Notes under the pieces: model-generated
Databases searched by the model: none
Told to the model about the DNA's origin: nothing
What the model saw: only the letters and a program-made list of their open reading frames with translations
Part shown: in pieces, positions 21,922-30,558 of the stretch
Position numbering within the stretch: position 1 is the stretch's first letter
Layout of the letters: every line of letters starts with the position of its first letter
Assembly: GCA_016712415.1 (NCBI GenBank)
Contig: JADJRC010000015.1
Coordinates: forward strand, 43,670-107,669
Reading direction: 5' to 3'
Length of the DNA: 64,000 nt
Source of the DNA: Lewinellaceae bacterium
GTDB taxonomy: Bacteria > Bacteroidota > Bacteroidia > Chitinophagales > Saprospiraceae
Made by a program: the position numbers and the translations under genes

Positions 21922-24627
21922 TCAATCAAATTCTATGGTATCCCCCGCTTTGTAGCTCTTTTTTCCGTCGGCGTCCCTGTCTGTGCCTTCTTCAGCCGGC
22001 GGTTGGGTTGGACTGGTTTCTTCGCCAAACAAACTGGCCTGTTGCGGGGCTGCGGCCGGTTCTTCCTTCTTTACCCCCTTTGGGGCGGCATCGTCCAACT
22101 CTTTTACCCCAATAAGCAATTGGTCGCTCAGTTTGTTGCCGATGGCTTTCCAGCCTTTTACGTCCATGAAATCGCCCAGTGCGAGTTCACCGGCCATGGG
22201 CTTGCCTTTTACTTTGAGGGTGTATTTGATGCGCGGATTTTCCCGGACCGACACGTAAAGCAGTTTTGATTTGGCATGATCGGTGAGGTAGCCGTAGCGT
22301 TCTTTCAGTTTGCTGGTTTCGATATGGAACCGTTTGACCATCGTCCAGCCTTTATGTCCGTCGAAATGGACGGCGCTGATTACCAGTTGCGGGGTGAATT
22401 TGCACAGGTGCAGTATCTCTTTCATCTCAAAGCGCTGCTGTACATCGGTGTCTGTCACCTCATAGGAACCGTCGTTGTACAGCACCAGCAGGCTGTCGCC
22501 GGTATCGAATTCGCCCAGCAGGCGACCGCGCTCCTGGGTGTTGAGGCGACCGGTGATGTCGTCGAACCAGAGTTTCTGTGCGCCAATGGTGCTTTTGCCG
22601 ACCTCTTTCTGCCGGATTTGTTTCACCGGGTACCGCGTCAGGATATTTCCCTGCGAATCGCGGCCCTTGATAGCCAGTTCGGCAAAGTCATAGTCGAACA
22701 CCTTGATCTTGGCTGTGCTTCCGGGGCTGAGTGTGACGGTTACGAGTTCGCTTTCGCCGTTGGGATTCGCGGTGAAATACAGCACTTTGGAGCCTTTGGC
22801 GCTCGACCCGAGCTGGTATTCCTTGTCGCGGGTGATGGCGGTTACATTGAATCGTTTTACATAGGTGCGCCCTGATTTTGCGTCGACATATGTCATGTTG
22901 TAGGTCGTCCGCTCGTCGTTCTTCTTCCACACGGCGACGTGGATGATGTCCTTGCCTACAAATACTTTTTCGTCAACTTTTACCACTTTCATCACTCCGT
23001 CGCGGCGAAAGACAATGATATCGTCGATATCGGAGCAGTCCTGGACAAATTCGTCCTTTTTCAGGCCCATCCCGATAAAACCTTCACTGAGATTTACGTA
23101 CAGTTTGGCGTTGTTGGCTACCACCGCAGAGGCCTGTATGGTATCGAATTGAACGATTTCGGTACGCCGTTCACGGCCTTTGCCGTGTTTGGCCAGCAGG
23201 TTTTCAAAATAGGCGATGGTGTATTCTGTCAGGTGTTCCAGGTGGTATTTGGCCTGCAGAAGCGCTTCGCTGAGTTTGGCGATTTCTTCGTCGGCCTTGA
23301 AGGAATTGAACTTGGAAATGCGCTTGATGCGTATTTCGGTCAGCCGCACGAGGTCGTCCTGGGTGATCTCGCGCAGCAGCCTGATACGTTTGTCGGCGGC
23401 AGCGGGTTTCATATCCGGTGTCGCGACGTATTTCCGCAGTCCCTTGTCGATGGCCTCCAGCACGGCCTCCCAGGTTTCACATTCCTCGATATCGCGGTAA
23501 ATGCGGTTTTCGATGAATATTTTTTCGAGTGAAGCGAAGTGCAGTTTTTCTTCGAGGTCGTGCTGCAGGATTTCCAGTTCCTGCCGGAGCAGGTCTTTGG
23601 TGCGTTCGGTGGAAAGCCGGAGCAGTTCGTTCACATCGGTGAACAGGGGCTTGTTGTCGACAATGACGCAACAGTTGGGGCTGATGCTGACTTCGCAGGC
23701 AGTGAACGCGTAAAGGGCATCGATGGTGACATCGGGGCTCACCCCGTTTTGCAGTTCGATCTCGATGTCGATCTCGGCGGCTACCTTGTCGGTCACCTTT
23801 TTTATCTTGATCTGGCCTTTTTCGTTGGCCTTCAGGATGGAGTCGATCAGGTCGCCGGTGGTCACGCTAAAGGGTATTTCCGTGATTTGCAGCGTTTTTT
23901 TATCCAGTTCCCTGATGCGCGCACGCACGCGCAGTTTGCCGCCGCGCGCGCCGCCGTTGTAGTTGGCTGCGTCGATAAGGCCGCCGGTTGGGAAGTCGGG
24001 GATCAGGTCTGCTTTTTTGCCTTTCAGCACCGCAATACAACTTTTGATAATCTCGATAAAGTTGTGCGGCATAATCTTGGTACTCAGGCCCACCGCAATG
24101 CCCTCTGCGCCCTGGGCCAGTACGAGCGGAAACTTCATGGGCAGGTTGACGGGCTCCCGTTTGCGGCCGTCGTAGCTCATCTGCCATACCGTTGTATCGG
24201 GGTTGAACGCCACGTCGAGCGCGAACTTGGTCAGGCGCGCCTCGATATAACGCGGTGCGGCGGCAGAGTCGCCGGTACGAAAGTCGCCCCAGTTGCCCTG
24301 GCAATCGATGAGCAGGTCCTTCTGACCCATGTTCACCAGCGCGTCGCCGATGGCTGCGTCGCCGTGGGGGTGGAATTGCATCGTTTGTCCGATCAGGTTG
24401 GCTACTTTGTGGTAACGGCCGTCGTGCTGTTCGAACATGGCGTGCAGGATGCGGCGCTGCACGGGTTTGAGCCCGTCTTCCAGCGCAGGCACGGCACGTT
24501 CGAGGATAACATAGGAGGCATAATCCAGAAAATAGTTCTGGTACATCCCCGAAAGCGTGACGATGGTATCTTCTCCGTTATGAGAAGTAGTGGGCGGCGT
24601 AGAGTTGTCGCGTTTTTGTTTTGCCAT
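21922..24627 (-). CDS. parC: DNA topoisomerase IV subunit A
   Basis: Motifs GLKPVQRRILHAM, HPHGDAAIGDALV and the catalytic-Tyr region AAPRYIEARL. The ATG at 24627 (MAKQKRD) is preferred over the TTG at 24633. The C-terminal roughly 60 aa form a low-complexity acidic/Pro tail. Confidence 0.9.
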   Translation of the reverse strand: MAKQKRDNSTPPTTSHNGEDTIVTLSGMYQNYFLDYASYVILERAVPALEDGLKPVQRRILHAMFEQHDGRYHKVANLIGQTMQFHPHGDAAIGDALVNMGQKDLLIDCQGNWGDFRTGDSAAAPRYIEARLTKFALDVAFNPDTTVWQMSYDGRKREPVNLPMKFPLVLAQGAEGIAVGLSTKIMPHNFIEIIKSCIAVLKGKKADLIPDFPTGGLIDAANYNGGARGGKLRVRARIRELDKKTLQITEIPFSVTTGDLIDSILKANEKGQIKIKKVTDKVAAEIDIEIELQNGVSPDVTIDALYAFTACEVSISPNCCVIVDNKPLFTDVNELLRLSTERTKDLLRQELEILQHDLEEKLHFASLEKIFIENRIYRDIEECETWEAVLEAIDKGLRKYVATPDMKPAAADKRIRLLREITQDDLVRLTEIRIKRISKFNSFKADEEIAKLSEALLQAKYHLEHLTEYTIAYFENLLAKHGKGRERRTEIVQFDTIQASAVVANNAKLYVNLSEGFIGMGLKKDEFVQDCSDIDDIIVFRRDGVMKVVKVDEKVFVGKDIIHVAVWKKNDERTTYNMTYVDAKSGRTYVKRFNVTAITRDKEYQLGSSAKGSKVLYFTANPNGESELVTVTLSPGSTAKIKVFDYDFAELAIKGRDSQGNILTRYPVKQIRQKEVGKSTIGAQKLWFDDITGRLNTQERGRLLGEFDTGDSLLVLYNDGSYEVTDTDVQQRFEMKEILHLCKFTPQLVISAVHFDGHKGWTMVKRFHIETSKLKERYGYLTDHAKSKLLYVSVRENPRIKYTLKVKGKPMAGELALGDFMDVKGWKAIGNKLSDQLLIGVKELDDAAPKGVKKEEPAAAPQQASLFGEETSPTQPPAEEGTDRDADGKKSYKAGDTIEFD

Positions 24628-24629
24628 AA

Positions 24630-24782
24630 TCAATGTTCCACTTCACTAAATAGCAACTTGTTTCCGAATGGGTCGATCAGGCTCATGCCGATACCATCCC
24701 AAACGCCGTCTTCGGTGTACTCCCTGGCTTTGTGCTCGTCGAAAATTCGGACAAGCGGTATCGTTTTTTCAATGGACAGCAT
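24630..24782 (-). other. 50-codon ORF resembling a collapsed VOC/glyoxalase protein (possible remnant)
   Basis: MLSIEKTIPLVRIFDEHKAREYTEDGVWDGIGMSLIDPFGNKLLFSEVEH. The first strand motif and the last strand motif of a VOC fold are joined without the middle. The ORF is too short for the supplied track. Confidence 0.25.
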
Positions 24783-24791
24783 GGTTCGGGG

Positions 24792-25166
24792 TTATTCAGG
24801 CTTAAAATAAGGATTTTTGATAATGCCGATCACGTTGCCCCAGGGGTCTTTTACAGTGGCCACGATGATGCCTTCACCGACGTCGGCGGGTTTTGAAAGC
24901 GCCGTGGCGCCCTGTGCCAGCAGGCGATCGTAAGTGACAGCCGCGTCGTCGACCCCCCAGTAGGTTTCCACGTTTGCTGTCTTGCCGGCGGCCGGGGCAT
25001 CGTCGGGCAGCAGGCCGAGTTCGAAGCCGCCTACATTGAAACCCACGTAGAAGGGTTCGTTAAAATAGGGGCCGAAGCCAAGCACTTCCGAATACCATTC
25101 TACCGCCCGGGCGAGATCGTCGACACGGTAGATGCAGGTGCGCAGACCTAGAAACGGCTTATCCAT
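24792..25166 (-). CDS. VOC (glyoxalase/bleomycin-resistance) family protein
   Basis: 124 aa. LRTCIYRVDDLARAVEWYSEVLGF ... VKDPWGNVIGII is the classic paired beta-alpha-beta-beta-beta pattern. Confidence 0.8.
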   Translation of the reverse strand: MDKPFLGLRTCIYRVDDLARAVEWYSEVLGFGPYFNEPFYVGFNVGGFELGLLPDDAPAAGKTANVETYWGVDDAAVTYDRLLAQGATALSKPADVGEGIIVATVKDPWGNVIGIIKNPYFKPE

Positions 25167-25253
25167 GGATCAGGGATTGAGGTGAACAAATATTGTTGCC
25201 GGCGGCAAAAGTAATAGAAATTGTTTTTAAAAATAAAACTTTTTGTGTTTTAT

Positions 25254-27159
25254 TTATTGACCCTGGCACGGAACTTCAGCCTTTACCTGTTCAATAAGAT
25301 TGTTTAGGGATGGTACAAAAAGACTTGAGGAGATAACAGCTTCTGAAAGAGCTGTGCATGCCTGGTTATTATTTCCTGTTTTATTCAATACTTCTGCCAT
25401 CCTGGCAAGTGTATTGGCTACAAATTCGGCATAACTTACCTTTCTATACAGGAGAAGGGCATTGCCCCACTCTTCAAGAGCCAGGGGGCCGTTATTTTCG
25501 TTATACCATGCAATCATGCCTTTGCTCCACATAATGTTTGCTTTTCCCAAATCCGAGCCTACTTTTTCAAAAAGGGGGAGAGCCTGCTGATAGAGGGCAC
25601 GCGCTTTGTCGTTTTCGCTCAAAAGCCTTTCCAAATCGCCCAAACTTTTGAGCGTGTTTGCTTTCCCAAATCATCGCCTACTTTTTCAAAGGAGAGCCTG
25701 CTGATAGAGGGCACGCTTTGTCGTTTTCGCTCATTCATTTCCAAATCGCCCAAACTTTTGAGCGTGTTTGCTTTCCCAAATCCGAGCCTACTTTTCAAAG
25801 GGGAGAGCCTGCTGATAGAGGGCACGCGCTGTCGTTTTCGCTCAAAAGCCTTTCCAAATCGCCCAAACTTTTGAGCGTGTTTGCTTTTCCCAAATCATCG
25901 CCTACTTTTTCAAAAAGGGGGAGAGCCTGCTGATAGAGGGCACGCGCTTTGTCGTTTTCGCTCATTCGCATTTCCAAATCGCCCAAACTTTTGAGCGTGT
26001 TTGCTTTTCCCAAATCCGAGCCTACTTTTTCAAAAAGGGGGAGAGCCTGCTGATAGAGGGCACGCGCTTTGTCGTTTTCGCTCATTCGCATTTCCAAATC
26101 GCCCAAACTTTTGAGCGTGTTTGCTTTTCCCAAATCATCGCCTACTTTTTCAAAAAGGGGGAGAGCCTGCTGATAGAGGGCACGCGCTTTGTCGTTTTCG
26201 CTCAAAAGCCTTTCCAAATCGCCCAAACTTTGGAGCGTGTTTGCTTTTCCCAAATCCGAGCCTACTTTTTCAAAAAGGGGGAGAGCCTGCTGATAGAGGG
26301 CACGCGCTTTGTCGTTTTCGCTCAAAAGCCTTTCCAAATCGCCCAAACTTTTGAGCGTGTTTGCTTTTCCCAAATCCGAGCCTACTTTTTCAAAAAGGGG
26401 GAGAGCCTGCTGATAGAGGGCACGCGCCGCTTCGTGATTGTCAAAAAAGAACCATTTGTTTCCAAGATTTAGGGCAACCTGGGCATAGTCAGCCGCAAAT
26501 CTGTCGCCTTTGGTTACAAGGGGGTCCAATTTGTGCAGGCGTTCTTCCAGTTCATCAATTTCCTGCTGTTGCTTGGGGGGCATGGCCGTGGCGAGGCCTG
26601 AAAACCGGGATTCGATATTGTGTTGCCATTGAAGTGTGCCGGGCAACATGCGGAAGTGGAACTTATAAACCAGCCAATCCCAGAAGTCGGGAGCAAGGCT
26701 TTGCACTCGGACCTGTGCGGGCTCGTCGCTCCAGAAGACAACTGAGGCCGGAAGGTGGCGGAACAAGAGTTCCCGTTCGAAGTTAAGCTCGCGAGCAAAT
26801 GCTTCTGCCGGGTCATTTTCATCGGCCGTTACAAGCGATTCCAAACCAAAGATATGGAACAGTGGATAAGTGTCGTTTTCCGTATCCGTTACTGCTGTCT
26901 CTTGCCTTAGCAGTTGGTAAAGTGAGAAGGAGTCGGTTACTTTTACTTTCGAAAGATTTTGCGATTTGTGGATATAACGATCTTGTAATTCAATGCTTAG
27001 CAGGCGAAACATCTGGTCCCGGAGGTCGCGATTTTCTGCTGTTACCCATACGATAACTGGATGGTCACGCTGTTGGAGCAGATTGAGCATCCTGTTCCAC
27101 GCAGTGTCGTTCTGTGTTCTGATCTCATCACGTTTTTGTTCCAGTTGTTCCCTGTTCAT
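25254..27159 (-). pseudogene. protein with a roughly 240-aa N-terminal domain of unknown function, about 8 near-identical 40-aa TPR/Sel1-like helical repeats and a helical C-terminal cap; the frame is broken by small deletions in the last three repeats
   Basis: ORF 25795..27159 (454 aa) holds 5 repeats of ALYQQALPLFEKVG[SD]DLGKANTL[KQ]SLGDLE[RLL/MRM]SENDKAR. ORFs 25619..25825 and 25254..25643 continue the same repeats in other frames and end with ...NNLIEQVKAEVPCQGQ. The start ATG overlaps the upstream ATPase stop (ATGA at 27156-27159). Confidence 0.7.
25540..26425. repeat. tandem 120-bp coding repeat array (about 8 units)
   Basis: Units starting at 25921, 26041, 26161 and 26281 are exactly 120 bp apart and almost identical. 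A further unit starts at 26401 and diverges. Units starting at 25578, 25692 and 25803 are 111-118 bp long because of small deletions. Confidence 0.9.
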
Positions 27160-28464
27160 GCTTTCTCATCAGATTTTGGAAAAAAATCCTCAAGCAGGGG
27201 ATTGATCCGACGGACAATGTCGTCGCCATTGTATTCGAATACGTTGAGGGCAAAAAGCAGATCGAGTAATTCGGGTGAAATACCTTCAAAGTTGCGGCTT
27301 TCAAGTAGTTTGCGGTGCGAATCGGTGAGTGGACGCAAACGTTCTACGGCTAGTCGTTTAAACGTACTTTTGGCTATTTCCGTTGTGACGGTTTCATCTG
27401 TATCAAGAAGGCACTGGTTGACCAGCCGAAGTAATTGACGCGGGCTCCCACCGGACATTTTAGTGATCATTTTCAATACGTTATTATCAAACAGCCCTTT
27501 GTCGACCCGGCGGGTCACTATGTTGCAAAACGCTTCGCAGTCTTCATCTTCGTCTATATGAATCATCGGAAGATATGAAAACTTGAACAATTCAGCCGCC
27601 GCAGCCTGTTCCTGTACATTGTAATAGGTTTGAATAGGTACACAACAAATAAGGTGAGCGTTCAGGTTTTGGGTAAACTGCGGGTCGGTTAGGAAGATAG
27701 CATTATAAATTTCCGGACGGGCTTTTTCAAAATCATCAACGATAAAGATCAAATCGCGGCCCTTACCATGTCGCTCGATAGCATCGCGTACGCCAACGAG
27801 AGCGGTACGAAGCTGGCCTACGAGCCCGGGTGTATCGCGGCGTATCGCCTCACGAATTTTTGTGGTGGTACTATTCTGATAACCGTATTTACTTTTAATA
27901 AATCCTTCTGCAGAAAAAATATCCCAGAAATTCCAGCCTGCTTTTGCCTCGACACCCGCTTCTGCTCCATAGTTGTAATTCAATTCTTTTTCAACTTCTT
28001 TATCCTGTAGCCATGCGTGTGCGATGTCTTCGAACTCTTTTTTTATTATATGGGACATTATGTTCGCGAAAGGTGCGCAAAAGTTTGTTAATCAGAATGA
28101 TAAAAAGGTCTTCCGGTTGCATTTTGAGGATTTCAATTTCTTCCTGCAAACTGACAAATACCGAAAAATACTGCCTGGGGGTGTTAATTGATTCATGGAA
28201 CCGGAGAAGTTCGACGGTTTTGCCGCATCCGCGATGCCCGGAGAATAAAATTTTTATGTAGTCATTGGGCAAATGTGTCAGCTCATCACCTGTGATACCC
28301 AAGTCTTTTTTTATCCGGGTAAATTGCTTGGGACTGCGCAATTCCTGCAGATGCACGTATAGGTTCTCTCTACCGGATTCAAAGATATCGAACTCGGGCT
28401 CGGTAGTTTCCATGGCCCGGAAAACGTCTTTTTCTGGAAAGGTATATTGATATTTTTTGTTCAT
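27156..28464 (-). CDS. ORC/Cdc6-like AAA+ (STAND-like) ATPase, with a 1-bp indel in the T7 run at 28038-28044
   Basis: Start MNKKYQYTFPEK at 28464. Walker A ILFSGHRGCGKTVEL, Walker B DLIFIVDDFEK, sensor-2/lid-like SGGSPRQLLRLVNQCL. ...TFREHNVPYNKK joins EFEDIAHAWLQDKE when one base of the homopolymer is removed, which links ORFs 28000..28521 and 27156..28058. Confidence 0.75.
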
Positions 28465-28551
28465 TTTTTTAAAGAAAAGCAAGCAAATGTAATGACTTTG
28501 GCTGTTACAAAACGCAATCATCTTCTTGCGTAAATAACATAATTGCTGAGG

Positions 28552-29103
28552 TTAGGTTGTACTGTACGCATCCGCCTCCTTAAACCGCCAAATGTCGTAC
28601 ACCATCACGGCAATAATGATTCCGGCAGGGATAAAAAATATTTTTGTGTGCAGGCTGGGAAACAAACCGACACTCAGCATGGCGCCGAATACAAAGCTGA
28701 TCATTACGATAAAGCGCAGCAGCGCTTCCCGCTGGATGAGGCGGCGTTTCTCCCCTTCGGAATGGAATATTTCGGCGATGTCCACTCCGAGTTCATTGAC
28801 CACACCCGTCATCTGGCTGGCCTTGATCAGGGAGGAGGTCGTGAGGCTTACCATGGCATTCTGGATACCGATGGCAAACAACATCATCCCCGGAAAAGCC
28901 ACGGGGTGCAGTGCTCCGGAATTGTCGGCGGCGGCGGCGACGAACGTAAAAAGTCCCGCCACAACAGCCAGCGGTACCAGGTGGAGGTAGCGCCACTTCA
29001 ACAGTTTTTCGCGCTCCACGCACCACCCGGCAAAGAAGCCGCTTTTTCGTTCGGCTTGATCAGGATTTCGCCCAATGCAGGCGGTTTGAGGTATTCGTAC
29101 CAA
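28552..29103 (-). CDS. DUF1275/YoaK-like membrane protein (N-terminus uncertain)
   Basis: 183-aa ORF with several hydrophobic helices and the motif AIGIQNAMVS typical of YoaK-like proteins. An ATG at 29124 lies in another frame, so the 5' end may also be frameshifted. Confidence 0.45.
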   Translation of the reverse strand: MVRIPQTACIGRNPDQAERKSGFFAGWCVEREKLLKWRYLHLVPLAVVAGLFTFVAAAADNSGALHPVAFPGMMLFAIGIQNAMVSLTTSSLIKASQMTGVVNELGVDIAEIFHSEGEKRRLIQREALLRFIVMISFVFGAMLSVGLFPSLHTKIFFIPAGIIIAVMVYDIWRFKEADAYSTT

Positions 29104-29197
29104 CGGTTTTTCATATGCGGTTGATTATTCTATCCTAAAATGTTGATTTTTGCGGGTCAATCCAATCCACATCTACTTTTCCATCAAGGCAGTAAAC

Positions 29198-30471
29198 ATG
29201 TCCTGCTGCCCGATTACTGTAAATTCCGGTCCCATGCGCACATTACAATCCTGGCTTTCCATTCCCGGCGACACTGATTTTTCCCTGCATAATCTGCCAT
29301 ACGGTATTTTTCATACCGGCGACGGGCGTGCCCGCGCGGGCATCGCAATCGGCGACCATATCCTCGACCTGGAGGCTGCCGCAGCGGCGGGCTTGTTCGG
29401 TAAACGTCGTTTTTTCAAAAAAGTATTTGCACAAACGACGCTCAACGATTTTATCGCATTGGGAAAACCCGTGACCAACCGTATCCGGCGCAAGGTGCAG
29501 GACTGGCTCTGTCAACCCGAAGCGCCAGAAAATGCCGAAAATCTGTTGGTTAATCGCCTGACCGCACACCTGCTCATGCCCGTACGGGTAGGCAATTATA
29601 CGGATTTTTACAGCAGCATCGAACACGCCACTAATGTAGGCAAAATGTTCCGGCCCGACAACCCGCTCCTGCCCAACTGGCGCTGGTTGCCGGTGGGTTA
29701 TCACGGCCGCGCTTCATCCATCGTGGTGAGTGGCACACCTGTGCGGCGCCCGCATGGCCAGGTGCTGCCCAAAGGTCAGGAGACACCCGTTTTCAGCCTT
29801 TCACAGCAGATGGACTTTGAGCTCGAAATGGCTTTTGTGATAGGAAAAAACAGCAGTATCGGCGAGACGATACCGGTTGAAAAGGCTGACGAATACATCT
29901 TCGGGCTGGTGTTGTTCAACGACTGGAGCGCCCGCGATATACAACGCTGGGAGTACGTGCCGCTCGGTCCGTTTCTGGGCAAAAACTTCGCATCCTCGAT
30001 TTCACCCTGGATTGTTCCGCTTGAGGCCCTGCGCCCGTTTCGCGTAAAAGGACCGCGACAGAACCCGGCCCCCCTGGCGTATCTTCAAACCCGGGGCGCG
30101 CAGAACTACGATATTTCGCTTGAAGTTGCCCTCTCTACAGGCGAGAAAAGCCCGCAAACTATTGTATCCCGTTCCAATACAAAGTATCTTTACTGGTCTA
30201 TGGCGCAACAATTGGCACATCACACCGTCAACGGTTGTAATTGTGCGTGGGCGATCTGATGGCATCGGGTACGATCAGCGGCCCGGAAGCGGGTTCTTAC
30301 GGTTCGATGCTTGAACTCTCCTGGGGCGGCAAAGAACCTGTCCGGCTGAACGACGGCGCCGCCAGGACATTCCTGGAAGACGGCGACAAGGTGACCATAC
30401 GCGCCGTTGCGGCGCAGGAAGGTGTTCGTGTCGGTTTTGGGGAGGTCAGCGGTGTTATCCTTGGTGCTTGA
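29198..30471 (+). CDS. fahA: fumarylacetoacetase, with a frameshift near 30240
   Basis: FSLHNLPYGIFHTGDG..., NDWSARDIQRWEYVPLGPFLGKNFASSISPWIV (a FAH hallmark). ORF 29150..30259 ends ...HHTVNGCN. ORF 30241..30471 continues VGDLMASGTISGPEAGSYGSMLELSWGG... Confidence 0.85.
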
Positions 30472-30558
30472 ATTGCAAAATCTCAACTATCTCCTATTGT
30501 TCATCGGTTTGCTCAACTGCTCGTTTTCTGGTAATTATCAAACCATAATGTACTGAAA

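Noticed and set aside
21922-22110. The acidic/Pro/Lys-rich C-terminal tail of ParC as a distinct feature.
   Set aside because: Low-complexity C-terminal extensions are common in type II topoisomerase A subunits. Nothing in the sequence indicates a separate domain or a gene fusion.
25540-26425. The regular 120-bp periodic repeats could be mistaken for a CRISPR array or a satellite.
   Set aside because: There is no alternation of repeats with unique spacers, because whole units are near-identical. The period is a multiple of 3 and translates into a continuous helical-repeat protein. No cas genes are nearby.
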